A stretch of DNA of 64,000 bases from Candidatus Onstottus frigus (GTDB lineage Bacteria > Acidobacteriota > Blastocatellia > UBA7656), in assembly GCA_038040445.1 (NCBI GenBank), contig JBBPIG010000007.1, positions 74,310-138,309 on the forward strand. Reading direction: 5' to 3'. This document shows positions 18,789 to 27,877 of the stretch, in pieces (positions within the stretch are counted from its first letter, which is position 1; every line of letters begins with the position of its first letter). The position numbers and the translations under genes are program-made. The notes under the pieces are model-generated. The model did not search any database and was not told where the DNA came from. It saw only the letters and a list, made by a program, of their open reading frames with translations.

Positions 18789-19580
18789 TCATCTGGGCTT
18801 GGGCGTGTAATATCTCTTCAGCCAACTGCTCAAACCATCGAGTCCCGGCATCAGCACCCGCTCGGTAATGTTGGCCTGGTCAAGCTTGTCGCGCACTTCC
18901 CATTTCAACTCGGCGGGGATGATCACCCGCCTGCACAACTCGGGGTGCTCTTCAAGCCAGCGATCGAGCCGCGCCGTCGGGCTGGACATCATCGAGAACA
19001 ACGCGAACTGATTCACTATTCGGTCGTCCAGCGACGGCGGTTCGAAGAAGACCACGAATTCATTGTCCGGCGACAGACGATCGTATTCGGCAAGGGTGCC
19101 CGCTACTCGATTCAGCATGTCAACGGTGAAAGCGTTCGAGCCTTCCTCTTGCAACAACGTCTTGAGTTTCTCCGGCAGCAGCCCGTTGGTCTTCACGAAG
19201 TCCACGCACCAGATGACTCCGTCGACGTCGTAGTCCTGAAGCCAGACGGTTGCGAAATGCATGGCAACGAACGGAGAGAAGGTCCAATCGATCAACCGTG
19301 TGGGCAAGCCGTGATGCTGAGCGAGAGCGATCCAGTTCCACATCGAATCGTCGGGCACTGAATCACGCCGCGCGTACTTGCGATAGTTGCGCAGCAGGTG
19401 CCCTTCGAGCTTCTCCGCCGCCCCGCCCAGTCTTATCAGACCGGTCTTCAGGTCATAAGCTGAATTGCCCAGGCCGCGAAACGCCAGGTTGGACCGAAAG
19501 CGCGCGAGGGGTTCTTCCCACGATCCCTCGTAGAGCCGCTCGTTCAACTCGTGCCAGTTTGATATGCGGATATCGTCCAC
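18789..19580 (-). CDS. FRG-domain protein
   Basis: 'IALAQHHGLPTRLIDWTFSPFVAMHFAT' is the FRG-domain signature (AQHYGLPTRLLDWT..P.vAl.FA). Confidence 0.7.
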   Translation of the reverse strand: MDDIRISNWHELNERLYEGSWEEPLARFRSNLAFRGLGNSAYDLKTGLIRLGGAAEKLEGHLLRNYRKYARRDSVPDDSMWNWIALAQHHGLPTRLIDWTFSPFVAMHFATVWLQDYDVDGVIWCVDFVKTNGLLPEKLKTLLQEEGSNAFTVDMLNRVAGTLAEYDRLSPDNEFVVFFEPPSLDDRIVNQFALFSMMSSPTARLDRWLEEHPELCRRVIIPAELKWEVRDKLDQANITERVLMPGLDGLSSWLKRYYTPKPR

Positions 19581-19672
19581 CAGGATCTCTCTAGGCTAGC
19601 GCAGACTCTAGTCTGTGCGAGCCAATAGCGCAGCACAGAATTCGCCGGACACAGACTAAAGTCTGCGTCACG

Positions 19673-22015
19673 TCACTTGGCCGTTGCGGTCAGCTCGTTC
19701 GATTGAATACCCTGCGAAGTTACAACGCGTATCCGCATGGTAGTGCCGGCAGCCGGCGCCGATTGAGGCCCAATCTTGGCTGAGATGAAATCGGCCGCCT
19801 CGAAGCTCGCAAAGTCCAACGGCACCGGAGAACCGTTCGCCGTTACGGAGACCGTTCCCGCAACCGGGAAGTTTGCGCCGAAGATCTTCAGTATCAATGC
19901 GCCTGACGCTTTCTTCTTTACCTTGACGTTTGTAATCTGAGGCCCGACCAGCGTGCCCGCGACGATCTCATTGGAAAGGTCCGAGGGCGAGGGGCTGCTG
20001 TTGCGCACGCGCACGGCCAGCGGCCCGGCTCTGAACCTAATTGTTGGATTGCTGTCCAGGAAAACAGCCCTTGTAGTGGCGCCGGGCGGAGGATCGATTG
20101 TCGGACCAGATACTACGAGAGTGTCATTGATGAAAACTTGAAGATCAGACTTGAAGCCTGTGCCATTGACCACTACCACAAGATTTTCTTCTCCTGCAGG
20201 GGCCTGTTGCACCTGTGTGCCGTTAATAAGTCCGCCTCTAAACAGCACCGCCGAAGTGAGGACCGGAGTCGGCGCCTGCTCGGGCGCAAGCATGCCAAGC
20301 TTGGCCGACAGTTTCTTGCCGCTGAAGATGTAGACGTTTCCTCCGTTAAAGACTCCGTTGCCGAAGCCGTCGCCATGCATAGCGTTTGCAATGTAGTCAA
20401 TGTATCCGTCGCCGTCGACGTCCGCTCCCGTCAACCGGTAAGAAAACTCATCTTCGGTTTGCGCGCCGGCAAGTCTGAAAATGCGCACACCAGCCGGCGG
20501 ATCGTAGAACTTAATGACCGGCGGAAGGAAATCACGCTGGCCGTAGATCACTTCAGTGACCCCGGCGTCCTCGCGCTCCTCGCCATTCACTATGAATGTC
20601 CGCTCGGGGCTGCCGATAAACAGATCCGAGAGACCGTCCTTGTTTATGTCGTAGGTCCGAACCGAGTCCCCGGCGCAATCCAATACATGTTCGCCATAGA
20701 TCGACGAGATTCTTAGCCCTGATGCGTCGGGATTGGCGAGATCGATAAACGCTCCGGGCAAGTTCGCCGCGCCGTAGATGACGTAGACCGCGCCTGTCTG
20801 GCCTTTATTGTCGGGAGCCGAAGCCCGCAGCGCGCCGATTATCAAATCAGTGCGGCCATCTCCGTTCACGTCGCCGCTGTGGAGCTGCGAGCCAAGGAAG
20901 TCGAACGCGTTAGCCCCGACTACGTGGGTTGCGTTGGCAGGCGGGTTACTGAGAAGTGTGTTCGGCGGCCAGTTTTGCTGTCCGTAGATCACGTAGGCTT
21001 CGCCGCACCCAGGTCGTTGCCCGCCGAAACTCGCAGCTTTCCCGGCGTGACCATTGTCTTGGTCGCTTGGCGTGACGTAGAAACCCGAGTCGCGGTTGAT
21101 TGAGCCTCCGATAATGACGTCGCCGATCCCGTCGTTATTGATATCGCCGACTTGCAGCGCTGCGCCCCAGTGATCTTCCTGGCCCGCGCCAACTATGCGA
21201 GCGGTCCGGACTCCGGCCGGAGGGCTTGCCAGGTCGATTACCTGCGGCAGAGACAACGAGCCGAACACAATATAAGCGCCGCCGGCATGCTGGTTCCCAG
21301 CCACATTGATCTGGTCCGACCCGATGATGATGTCAGCTATCCCGTCGCCGTCGAGATCGCCTTCGTCGATCCATATTCCCATTCGCCCGCCCGGCTGCGG
21401 GCCGTAGATCGCAATGACGCCGGGTACCGGGTTGCCGTCCAGCGTGTTGAGATCCGCGTTAAGGCTGAAGGTCCGCGAGCCCAGAACTACATAAGCCGCG
21501 CCCCGGTTATCCGCGATTCCGCCGCCGGGTCCGTCCTGCAAGGCGGCTCCGATCGCCACATCGCGTATTCCGTCTCCGTTTACGTCGCCGTTAGCGGACA
21601 CGGAAGTTCCCAGCAGATCACCCGAACGCTGCCCGGTCAGCTTGAAGATGTTTGGTGGGTTTTGAGCAGCGTCGACGAAGCCACTGTCGCGTCCATCGCT
21701 CAAATAAAAACTGACTACGCCATCGTTGTCGCGGGTTCCAGTGCTGCCGTACATCCCGCAGACGATCACGTCACCGCGCCCATCCCCGTTGATGTCTCCG
21801 GCGGCAACAGGCAACCCGATGTCGCCCTGCAACCGCAACCCGCCGAACAGCACAAGCAAGCCGTCTTGATTGAAGTTTGCAGTGTCAACCGCCAGTTCAA
21901 TCGCGCCGCCTTGAGCGGTAGCTCGAATCGAGATAAGTGGCAATACCAACGAAAGAATGAGTCCGAGGATTAAACCCTTGTAACCCTTGTACGCCCTTGT
22001 ACCCTGTTTACTCAT
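19673..22015 (-). CDS. Secreted FG-GAP/VCBS-repeat beta-propeller protein with C-terminal IPT/TIG-like domains
   Basis: Signal peptide. Many 'GDVNGDGxxDxxxGA' FG-GAP calcium-binding repeats. C-terminal Ig-like repeats. Confidence 0.8.
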   Translation of the reverse strand: MSKQGTRAYKGYKGLILGLILSLVLPLISIRATAQGGAIELAVDTANFNQDGLLVLFGGLRLQGDIGLPVAAGDINGDGRGDVIVCGMYGSTGTRDNDGVVSFYLSDGRDSGFVDAAQNPPNIFKLTGQRSGDLLGTSVSANGDVNGDGIRDVAIGAALQDGPGGGIADNRGAAYVVLGSRTFSLNADLNTLDGNPVPGVIAIYGPQPGGRMGIWIDEGDLDGDGIADIIIGSDQINVAGNQHAGGAYIVFGSLSLPQVIDLASPPAGVRTARIVGAGQEDHWGAALQVGDINNDGIGDVIIGGSINRDSGFYVTPSDQDNGHAGKAASFGGQRPGCGEAYVIYGQQNWPPNTLLSNPPANATHVVGANAFDFLGSQLHSGDVNGDGRTDLIIGALRASAPDNKGQTGAVYVIYGAANLPGAFIDLANPDASGLRISSIYGEHVLDCAGDSVRTYDINKDGLSDLFIGSPERTFIVNGEEREDAGVTEVIYGQRDFLPPVIKFYDPPAGVRIFRLAGAQTEDEFSYRLTGADVDGDGYIDYIANAMHGDGFGNGVFNGGNVYIFSGKKLSAKLGMLAPEQAPTPVLTSAVLFRGGLINGTQVQQAPAGEENLVVVVNGTGFKSDLQVFINDTLVVSGPTIDPPPGATTRAVFLDSNPTIRFRAGPLAVRVRNSSPSPSDLSNEIVAGTLVGPQITNVKVKKKASGALILKIFGANFPVAGTVSVTANGSPVPLDFASFEAADFISAKIGPQSAPAAGTTMRIRVVTSQGIQSNELTATAK

Positions 22016-22119
22016 TTGACCTCGAGATGAATTGGCCCGCGCGAGAGTGTCTCTCCGTGGGCTGATGATTATACAATGCGGTCGAGCCGCATTGCGAACG
22101 TTGCGTCGAGCGGTGGGTT

Positions 22120-22350
22120 CTTGGTTTCTAGTTTGTGGTTTCTAGTTTCTGGTTGTATCCGTGCGAATCCGTCAAACCCGTGTGATCGGTGGTCTATTAG
22201 TTCGTAAGAATCGCATTGCCAGCGCCGAATACACCACGGATCGACACTGAATCGGCGGACTTGCGCGGATACAACCAGAAACCAGAAATCGGAAACCAGA
22301 AACTAGAAGCCGGCCGCCAACCATAAACTAGAAACCAGAAACTAGAAACC
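22120..22350. repeat. Composite repeat: ~112-bp structured core (22161-22272) flanked by inverted tandem arrays of 'ctagtttctggtt' / 'aaccagaaactag'
   Basis: The core recurs as a direct repeat at 25211-25321 (~85% identity). The flanking short tandem units are mutually inverted. Confidence 0.7.
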
Positions 22351-22403
22351 AGATCGGGATGGAAGAAAAGTGAAGCCGTGGCCGTCTAATCAACGATTTA
22401 TGG

Positions 22404-23003
22404 ATGGCTACACTTATGGAGCAGCTCGCAATAATGAGCGAACGCCAAACAGAGGCTGAAACAATCGAGGCTTGCAAACAGGGTGACCGGGATGCCTTTC
22501 ACGACCTGTTTGAAGCACACAAAGATCGGGTGTACACGATCGCGTTTCATTACAGCGGCGACGAGGCAATGGCGCGCGATGTGTGCCAGCAGGTCTTTCT
22601 GAAGCTCTTCACGAGCATCAACCAGTTTCGCGAGGACTCACAGTTCACGACCTGGCTCTATCGCATAGTAGCTAACGCGTGCGCCGACGAGCACCGGAAG
22701 CGAAAACGGTTCGTGCCGTTCAGCCCCGAGATCGAGGCGAGGAATATGGTGGCGAAGGGATCTCAAGAGGAAGCCTATAACAAGAGACAGGTGGCCGAGT
22801 CGGTTCGCGGCGCGATCGCCGAGCTGACACCGAAGCTGCGATTGCCGATCTTGCTCAAATATGTAGAGGGGCTGTCGTACGACGAGATAGCGGAATCGCT
22901 CGGGCTCTCCATAGGCACGGTATCCTCGCGGCTTAATCGGGGACACAAGATGCTGGCGCGCAAGCTGGATCATCTGCGCGGCGAGTTGGCAGCAGGGGAA
23001 TGA
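22404..23003 (+). CDS. ECF (sigma-70 family group IV) RNA polymerase sigma factor
   Basis: Region 2 'VYTIAFHYSGDEAMARDVCQQVFLKLF...FTTWLYRIVANACAD' and region 4 'LKYVEGLSYDEIAESLGLSIGTVSSRLNRG'. Confidence 0.9.
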   Translation: MATLMEQLAIMSERQTEAETIEACKQGDRDAFHDLFEAHKDRVYTIAFHYSGDEAMARDVCQQVFLKLFTSINQFREDSQFTTWLYRIVANACADEHRKRKRFVPFSPEIEARNMVAKGSQEEAYNKRQVAESVRGAIAELTPKLRLPILLKYVEGLSYDEIAESLGLSIGTVSSRLNRGHKMLARKLDHLRGELAAGE

Positions 23004-24094
23004 AGATGTTTACAAAGCATGTGATCAAAAAACTATCGGCATACTGCAACGGCGAGTTGCCGGCTCAGGAGGCGCGCGGCGTGCGCGAACACCTGCTGGC
23101 GTGTGAGCGATGCCGCAACCAGCACGGCGAAATAAAGCTCGGTATGCAGTTGGCGCAGCAGCTCCCGCCGGCAACGGCTCCGGCCGGGATGTGGAGCGAG
23201 ATCGAGGCGTTGTTGGATGAGCGTTCGCCTCGGCCGGACTTCCAACCGAAGGCTCCGAGGCTTGCCTTCGGCTTCAGTTGGTTTCGCGTTGCCGCTGCCA
23301 CCGCCGTGCTCCTGGTCGCGGTGACGATTGGATTGATGTGGTTCAATTACGCTCCGGGAGTTAAGTGGCCTGTTGAAAGTTCCGGGTCGGTACGAATCGA
23401 TGGCAACCACATCAGTGACAAGGGGAGCATTGCCGCCGGCGAAACGCTCGAGACCGACAATTCATCGCGAGCACGGATCACGATAGGCGTGATCGGAGAG
23501 GTTGAACTGGATCCGAACTCGCGCATACGACTGGTGCAGACTCGACTCACGGAACATCGTCTCGCGCTCGATCGTGGCCGAATGAGCGCGAAGATCACAG
23601 CGCCGCCACGGTTCTTCTTCGTCGACACGCCCTCAGCGGTGGCGATCGACCTCGGCTGCGCGTACACGTTCGAGGTGGACGATGCGGGTCGAAGCTTCTT
23701 GCACGTCACTTCAGGTTGGGTCGAGCTGGTTGGCAATGGACGTGAGTCGTACGTCCCGATCGGCGCGATGTGTGAGGCGCGGCTTGGATTCGGGCCGGGG
23801 ACGCCCTACTTCGACGATGCTTCTGAAGATTTCGTGCGCGCGCTCGAGAAGTTCGATTTCGAAGGCGGCAGCCATTCAGAGTTCAGCACAGTGTTGAAAG
23901 AGTCTCGCGAGCGCGACACGTTCACGTTGTGGCATCTGTTATCGCGGGTCGAGGGTGACCGGCGAGTTCAGGTGTTAAACCGGATGATCGAGCTGGTCGG
24001 TTTGCCGAACGGCGTGACGCGAGAAGGAACGCTGCAGCTCGATCCGAAGACGCTCGAAGCCTGGAAGGATGAGATGGACACGGTGTGGTTCTAG
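23000..24094 (+). CDS. Anti-sigma factor (zf-HC2 N-terminal, TM, FecR-like C-terminal domain)
   Basis: 'CNGELPAQEARGVREHLLACERCR' is a zf-HC2 motif. TM segment 'VAAATAVLLVAVTIGLMWF'. Overlaps the sigma gene stop (ATGA). Confidence 0.75.
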   Translation: MKMFTKHVIKKLSAYCNGELPAQEARGVREHLLACERCRNQHGEIKLGMQLAQQLPPATAPAGMWSEIEALLDERSPRPDFQPKAPRLAFGFSWFRVAAATAVLLVAVTIGLMWFNYAPGVKWPVESSGSVRIDGNHISDKGSIAAGETLETDNSSRARITIGVIGEVELDPNSRIRLVQTRLTEHRLALDRGRMSAKITAPPRFFFVDTPSAVAIDLGCAYTFEVDDAGRSFLHVTSGWVELVGNGRESYVPIGAMCEARLGFGPGTPYFDDASEDFVRALEKFDFEGGSHSEFSTVLKESRERDTFTLWHLLSRVEGDRRVQVLNRMIELVGLPNGVTREGTLQLDPKTLEAWKDEMDTVWF

Positions 24095-24097
24095 AAT

Positions 24098-25207
24098 ATG
24101 ACCCGAGGTAGACGATTGCGGAAACACTCGGCTTGGATAGCCGGCGCGCTGCTCATCCTGCTGATCATTTCAAACGTCCACCACCTCTCACGCTCGGGCA
24201 AGCCCGCTGACCAAAATCGCGGAGCACCGCCCGCAAGCGAATCGTTAACGCCGATCGTCGAGCAGTACGCGCCGTTCGTCTACGCTGAGACGGGCAAAAG
24301 CGGCGGCCGGCAGGACGTCATCTCGAACATTGACTTCGACGGCGATCTCGAGGGCAACAACAACTGGGAGAACTTCGATCGTTTCGTGCTGAAGCCAACT
24401 GTCTACTACGCCGTTCTGGAAACCGAGACTCATTACTTCATCGCGTATCACTTGTTTCACCCGCGCGATTGGAACCGCTTCACCGTGTGGCTGAACGACA
24501 CTCACGAAAACGACGGCGAGAACTTTCAGGTGGTCGTCCGTAAGAGTGACGGTCGCGTTGTGCTGCTGTGGACCCAGGCTCATTACCGCAGCAGCGTGTA
24601 CACGATTTCCGGCTCAGGCATCGAGTCTGGCGCGACACGAATGGCAGGCCAGTTTCAAACCGTCGACTCGAACAGTGTGCCGAGCGACGAGGGAACTCAC
24701 GCTTGTGTATTCGTGGAAGCGGAGGGTCACGGCATCTATGGAACGCTGGACTCGGACAGCGAAGTGCGCGTGAACGCGGACGGCACTTTCGGCTTCAAAG
24801 GCGGGATCGGTCTGCTGTTCCGCCCGGCGCGAGCGGGTGAAGAGGTGAAGGAGCCGGAGAACACAAGCTCAGGTCAGGTCGCTTATCAGCTCGATTCAAC
24901 AACGATGAAGCTGTGGCCGTTGCTTCGAGATGGAAGATTGACCGGCGACGGCAAGCTGCTCGACGGGTCATATCGTTATCAGGACGAGCTTGTAGACATC
25001 GAAGAGGTCCCGCGCTTTTACGATGGGAACCGATTCAGCGGGCCGTTCGGGAGCGATCGAGGCATCTCCCCCTTCGCTCTTGATTTTTCGTTCGATCGCG
25101 GAACGCTGGGCGCGCTGTTCTTCAACCCGGCGAAGCGATACGCTGAAGCGCTGAAGATCACTGGTCCGTGGTCACATGAATATACCAACTATCCGTTTGC
25201 GAGATGA
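24098..25207 (+). CDS. Hypothetical membrane-anchored protein co-transcribed with the sigma/anti-sigma pair
   Basis: 369 aa, N-terminal TM anchor. No recognised motif. Confidence 0.45.
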   Translation: MTRGRRLRKHSAWIAGALLILLIISNVHHLSRSGKPADQNRGAPPASESLTPIVEQYAPFVYAETGKSGGRQDVISNIDFDGDLEGNNNWENFDRFVLKPTVYYAVLETETHYFIAYHLFHPRDWNRFTVWLNDTHENDGENFQVVVRKSDGRVVLLWTQAHYRSSVYTISGSGIESGATRMAGQFQTVDSNSVPSDEGTHACVFVEAEGHGIYGTLDSDSEVRVNADGTFGFKGGIGLLFRPARAGEEVKEPENTSSGQVAYQLDSTTMKLWPLLRDGRLTGDGKLLDGSYRYQDELVDIEEVPRFYDGNRFSGPFGSDRGISPFALDFSFDRGTLGALFFNPAKRYAEALKITGPWSHEYTNYPFAR

Positions 25208-25210
25208 TCG

Positions 25211-25321
25211 GTGCGAATCCGTCAAACCCGTGTGATCGGTGGTCTATGAGTTCGGAATAATCACATTGCCAGCGCCGCATAGACCACAGATGACGCTGAT
25301 TCGGCTGATTTGCGCGGATAC
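25211..25321. repeat. Second copy of the ~112-bp structured repeat seen at 22161-22272
   Basis: 'gtgcgaatccgtcaaacccgtgtgatcggtggtctat...cattgccagcgccg.ata.accac.gat...ttgcgcggatac' is shared between the two copies. Confidence 0.7.
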
Positions 25322-25325
25322 CTTC

Positions 25326-25712
25326 CTAAGGCTCCTGCCTGAGCCGCCACGGCGGATTCAGCCTGTTCTCTCCGGCATAGTAAAGGCAAATCAGGTTGCC
25401 ATCGGGATCTCGCAGATAAGCCTCACGCCAGTGCCAGTGTTGGTCTGTTGGTTCGGACTCGAACCGGATACCTCTTTGCTTAAGCTCGGCGACTTTCTCA
25501 TCGAGGTTCTCGCATTCAAAGTAAACGACTGGCTTTTCTCCCGGTGCGACTGCATCCACGACATGAATTGAAAAGGTCGCGTCGCCATCGGGACAAACGA
25601 AGCGAGCGTAGCTGGGCAAGCTGGCGACGATCTGAATCAGCCCGAGCTGCTTATAGAACTGGACTGATCTAGCTACGTCGGTTGATGGGACGGTGACCTG
25701 ATTGAGATTCAT
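25326..25712 (-). CDS. VOC-family (glyoxalase/bleomycin-resistance fold) protein
   Basis: 'MNLNQVTVPSTDVARSVQFYKQLGL...FESEPTDQHWHWREAYLRDPDGNLICLY' is typical of the glyoxalase I/VOC fold. Start taken at internal ATG 25712. Confidence 0.65.
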   Translation of the reverse strand: MNLNQVTVPSTDVARSVQFYKQLGLIQIVASLPSYARFVCPDGDATFSIHVVDAVAPGEKPVVYFECENLDEKVAELKQRGIRFESEPTDQHWHWREAYLRDPDGNLICLYYAGENRLNPPWRLRQEP

Positions 25713-26010
25713 GCGATAGACGTCCAAACCCTCGCCGCTGATTTTGATTCTGGTCCTAACATAGCCTCTCGTTGGGCGGGTGACAAACAAACCGGTATGA
25801 GCTCATTGAAGGGGAACTATTCGCGTCTCGCTCACCAGCCTCACACACCAAAGCGTCTCCGGTAACCTGTTCCGCAGCGTTGACGGTTACCTGATTCAGA
25901 ACCCAATTGGCAGGCTATGGCTTACGCCGGGAGTTATCTTCAGCGAGTTCAGCGGTGTGATCCCGGATCTGGTTTTTGTGCGCCACGAGCGGCTCACAAC
26001 TCAAGTGTTG

Positions 26011-26349
26011 CTAAGGCAATGATTCAGAAGCGGTGAGCCTTTGCCTAAGTAGCTTACTGACCTGGAGACTCATATTATCGTGTTTGATAAAGGCAGGCTT
26101 GAAGATGGCTTCCAGTTGGCGCTCGATGCGATCGAGGCGTACTTCCACCGAATCAATCCGCTGGTCGAGTCGCTTCTCCACTTCTTCAACTCGGGTCTCC
26201 ACCGAATCGAATCGCGCGTCGAAGCGCTTACCTAGTTCTTCAACTACTCGCTCGGTATTCCGCTGGTTGAGCCACGAAGCGCCGAAGATGGAGAGCACCA
26301 GTGCAAACACGGTGATCGCAGCGGAAAGGATCGCAATGCCTTGACTCAT
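26011..26349 (-). CDS. Small N-terminally membrane-anchored coiled-coil protein (paralog of 58304-58546)
   Basis: Start at ATG 26349 gives 'MSQGIAILSAAITVFALVLSIFGASWLNQ...RLDRIERQLEAIFKP'. The same '...SIFGASWLNQ...RLDRIERQLEAIFKP' framework is present in the 80-aa ORF at 58304-58546. Confidence 0.5.
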   Translation of the reverse strand: MSQGIAILSAAITVFALVLSIFGASWLNQRNTERVVEELGKRFDARFDSVETRVEEVEKRLDQRIDSVEVRLDRIERQLEAIFKPAFIKHDNMSLQVSKLLRQRLTASESLP

Positions 26350-26440
26350 ACGGCGCTTAGTATACTGGAATCTGAAGTCCTTGACTACGCTTTGAGCCGC
26401 GAGGTATAAGCCTTCTGACGACATTGTTGGAGAGTTCCCC

Positions 26441-27877
26441 ATGAAAACACTGCTGCTCAACCCGCCTTCATTCCCCAATTTTGATGGAGGCGCCGGTTCG
26501 CGCTGGCCCGCTGCGCGTGAGATCGCGTCGTTCTGGTATCCGGTTTGGCTGACGTATCCAGCGGGCATGATCAAAGACAGCCGGTTGCTCGACGCGCCGC
26601 CTCACGGGGTCACCCCGGAGGAGACGATAGAGATTGCGAAAGGGTACGACTTCGTCGCTCTTTACACCAGCACGCCGGGATGGAAGAACGATGTGCGGCT
26701 CGCCGAATTAATGAAGGCCGCGAAGCCCGATCTCAAACTCGCGTTCGTCGGGCCGCCGGTCACTTCGCAGCCCGATCAGGCGTTGACTGCATCCGAGGCG
26801 ATCGACTTCGTGGTCAGGAAGGAGATCGATTACTCACTCAAGGAGTTCGCTGAGGGGAAAGAGCTCGATGATATTCAAGGCGTGAGCTATCGAAAGGATG
26901 GCCGCATAGTTCACAACGTGGACCGGCCGCCGCTTCACGATCTGGACACGCTGCCGTTCGCGTCGGACATTTACAAACGCGACCTGGACATCACCAGGTA
27001 TAACGTTCCGTTTCTGCTTAACCCTTACATCTCGTTTTACACGTCCAGAGGCTGCCCGGCGCTTTGCACGTTCTGCCTTTGGCCGCAGACGATTAGCGGG
27101 CATGCGTGGCGCACACGAAGTCCCGAGAACGTCGCCACCGAAGTCAAACGCGCGTGGGAGCTGTTCCCTAACCTTCAAGAGATTTTCTTCGACGATGACA
27201 CTTTCGCGTGGGCGAAGAACCGAACGATCGCGGTGTGTGAAAAGCTAAAGCCGCTCAAGACGACCTGGTCGTGCACCTCGCGAGTACACACCGACTACGA
27301 GACGCTCAAGGCGATGAAGGAAGCCGGCTGCCGCTTGCTGATCGTAGGCTTCGAGTCCGGCGATCCTCAAATACTAAAGAACATCAAGAAAGGCGCGACC
27401 GTCGAGCAGGCTCGCGAGTTCATGAAGAATTGCAAGAAGCTCGGCATAGTCGTTCACGGCGACTTCATCATCGGCCTCCCGGGTGAAACGCCCGAGACGA
27501 TAAAGCGCACAGTAAAGTTCGCCGAGGAGATTGATTGCGAGACGATTCAAGTTTCAATCGCCCACTCCTACCCTGGCACTGAGCTCGACGACTATCTCAA
27601 GAAGAACAACTTCTTCACCCAGATCGAGGATATGACCGACGAGATGGGCCACCAGCTTCCGACTATTCACTATCCGGGTCTGAGTCGTGAAGAGATCGTG
27701 CAGGCGGTCGAGCACTTCTACGATCGCTATTATTTCCGCCCGAGGATTATCTTCAGGATCGTTCGCCGCGCGGCATTCAACGGGCACGAACGCAAGCGCC
27801 TGTACAAGGAAGCGAAGGAGTTTCTCCAGCTTCGCGCGAAACGGAAAGAGTTCGTAGCAGCGCAAGCCAGCAGATGA
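26441..27877 (+). CDS. hpnJ: B12-binding radical SAM protein, HpnJ-like (hopanoid side-chain cyclitol ether formation)
   Basis: 478 aa; N-terminal B12-binding-like domain then radical SAM 'SRGCPALCTFC' (CxxxCxxC). Adjacent to YdjC-like and GT2 genes, as in hpnI-J-K clusters. Confidence 0.7.
   Translation: MKTLLLNPPSFPNFDGGAGSRWPAAREIASFWYPVWLTYPAGMIKDSRLLDAPPHGVTPEETIEIAKGYDFVALYTSTPGWKNDVRLAELMKAAKPDLKLAFVGPPVTSQPDQALTASEAIDFVVRKEIDYSLKEFAEGKELDDIQGVSYRKDGRIVHNVDRPPLHDLDTLPFASDIYKRDLDITRYNVPFLLNPYISFYTSRGCPALCTFCLWPQTISGHAWRTRSPENVATEVKRAWELFPNLQEIFFDDDTFAWAKNRTIAVCEKLKPLKTTWSCTSRVHTDYETLKAMKEAGCRLLIVGFESGDPQILKNIKKGATVEQAREFMKNCKKLGIVVHGDFIIGLPGETPETIKRTVKFAEEIDCETIQVSIAHSYPGTELDDYLKKNNFFTQIEDMTDEMGHQLPTIHYPGLSREEIVQAVEHFYDRYYFRPRIIFRIVRRAAFNGHERKRLYKEAKEFLQLRAKRKEFVAAQASR

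Noticed and set aside
20138-21973. Plus-strand ORFs of 192 and 273 aa within the FG-GAP gene region
   Set aside because: Antisense to the 780-aa FG-GAP/VCBS protein; no motifs.
25791-26010. Possible Uma2/DUF820 endonuclease C-terminal fragment ('...GVIPDLVFVRHERL')
   Set aside because: Only a ~40-residue open stretch with weak resemblance and no start codon. This is insufficient to call a pseudogene.
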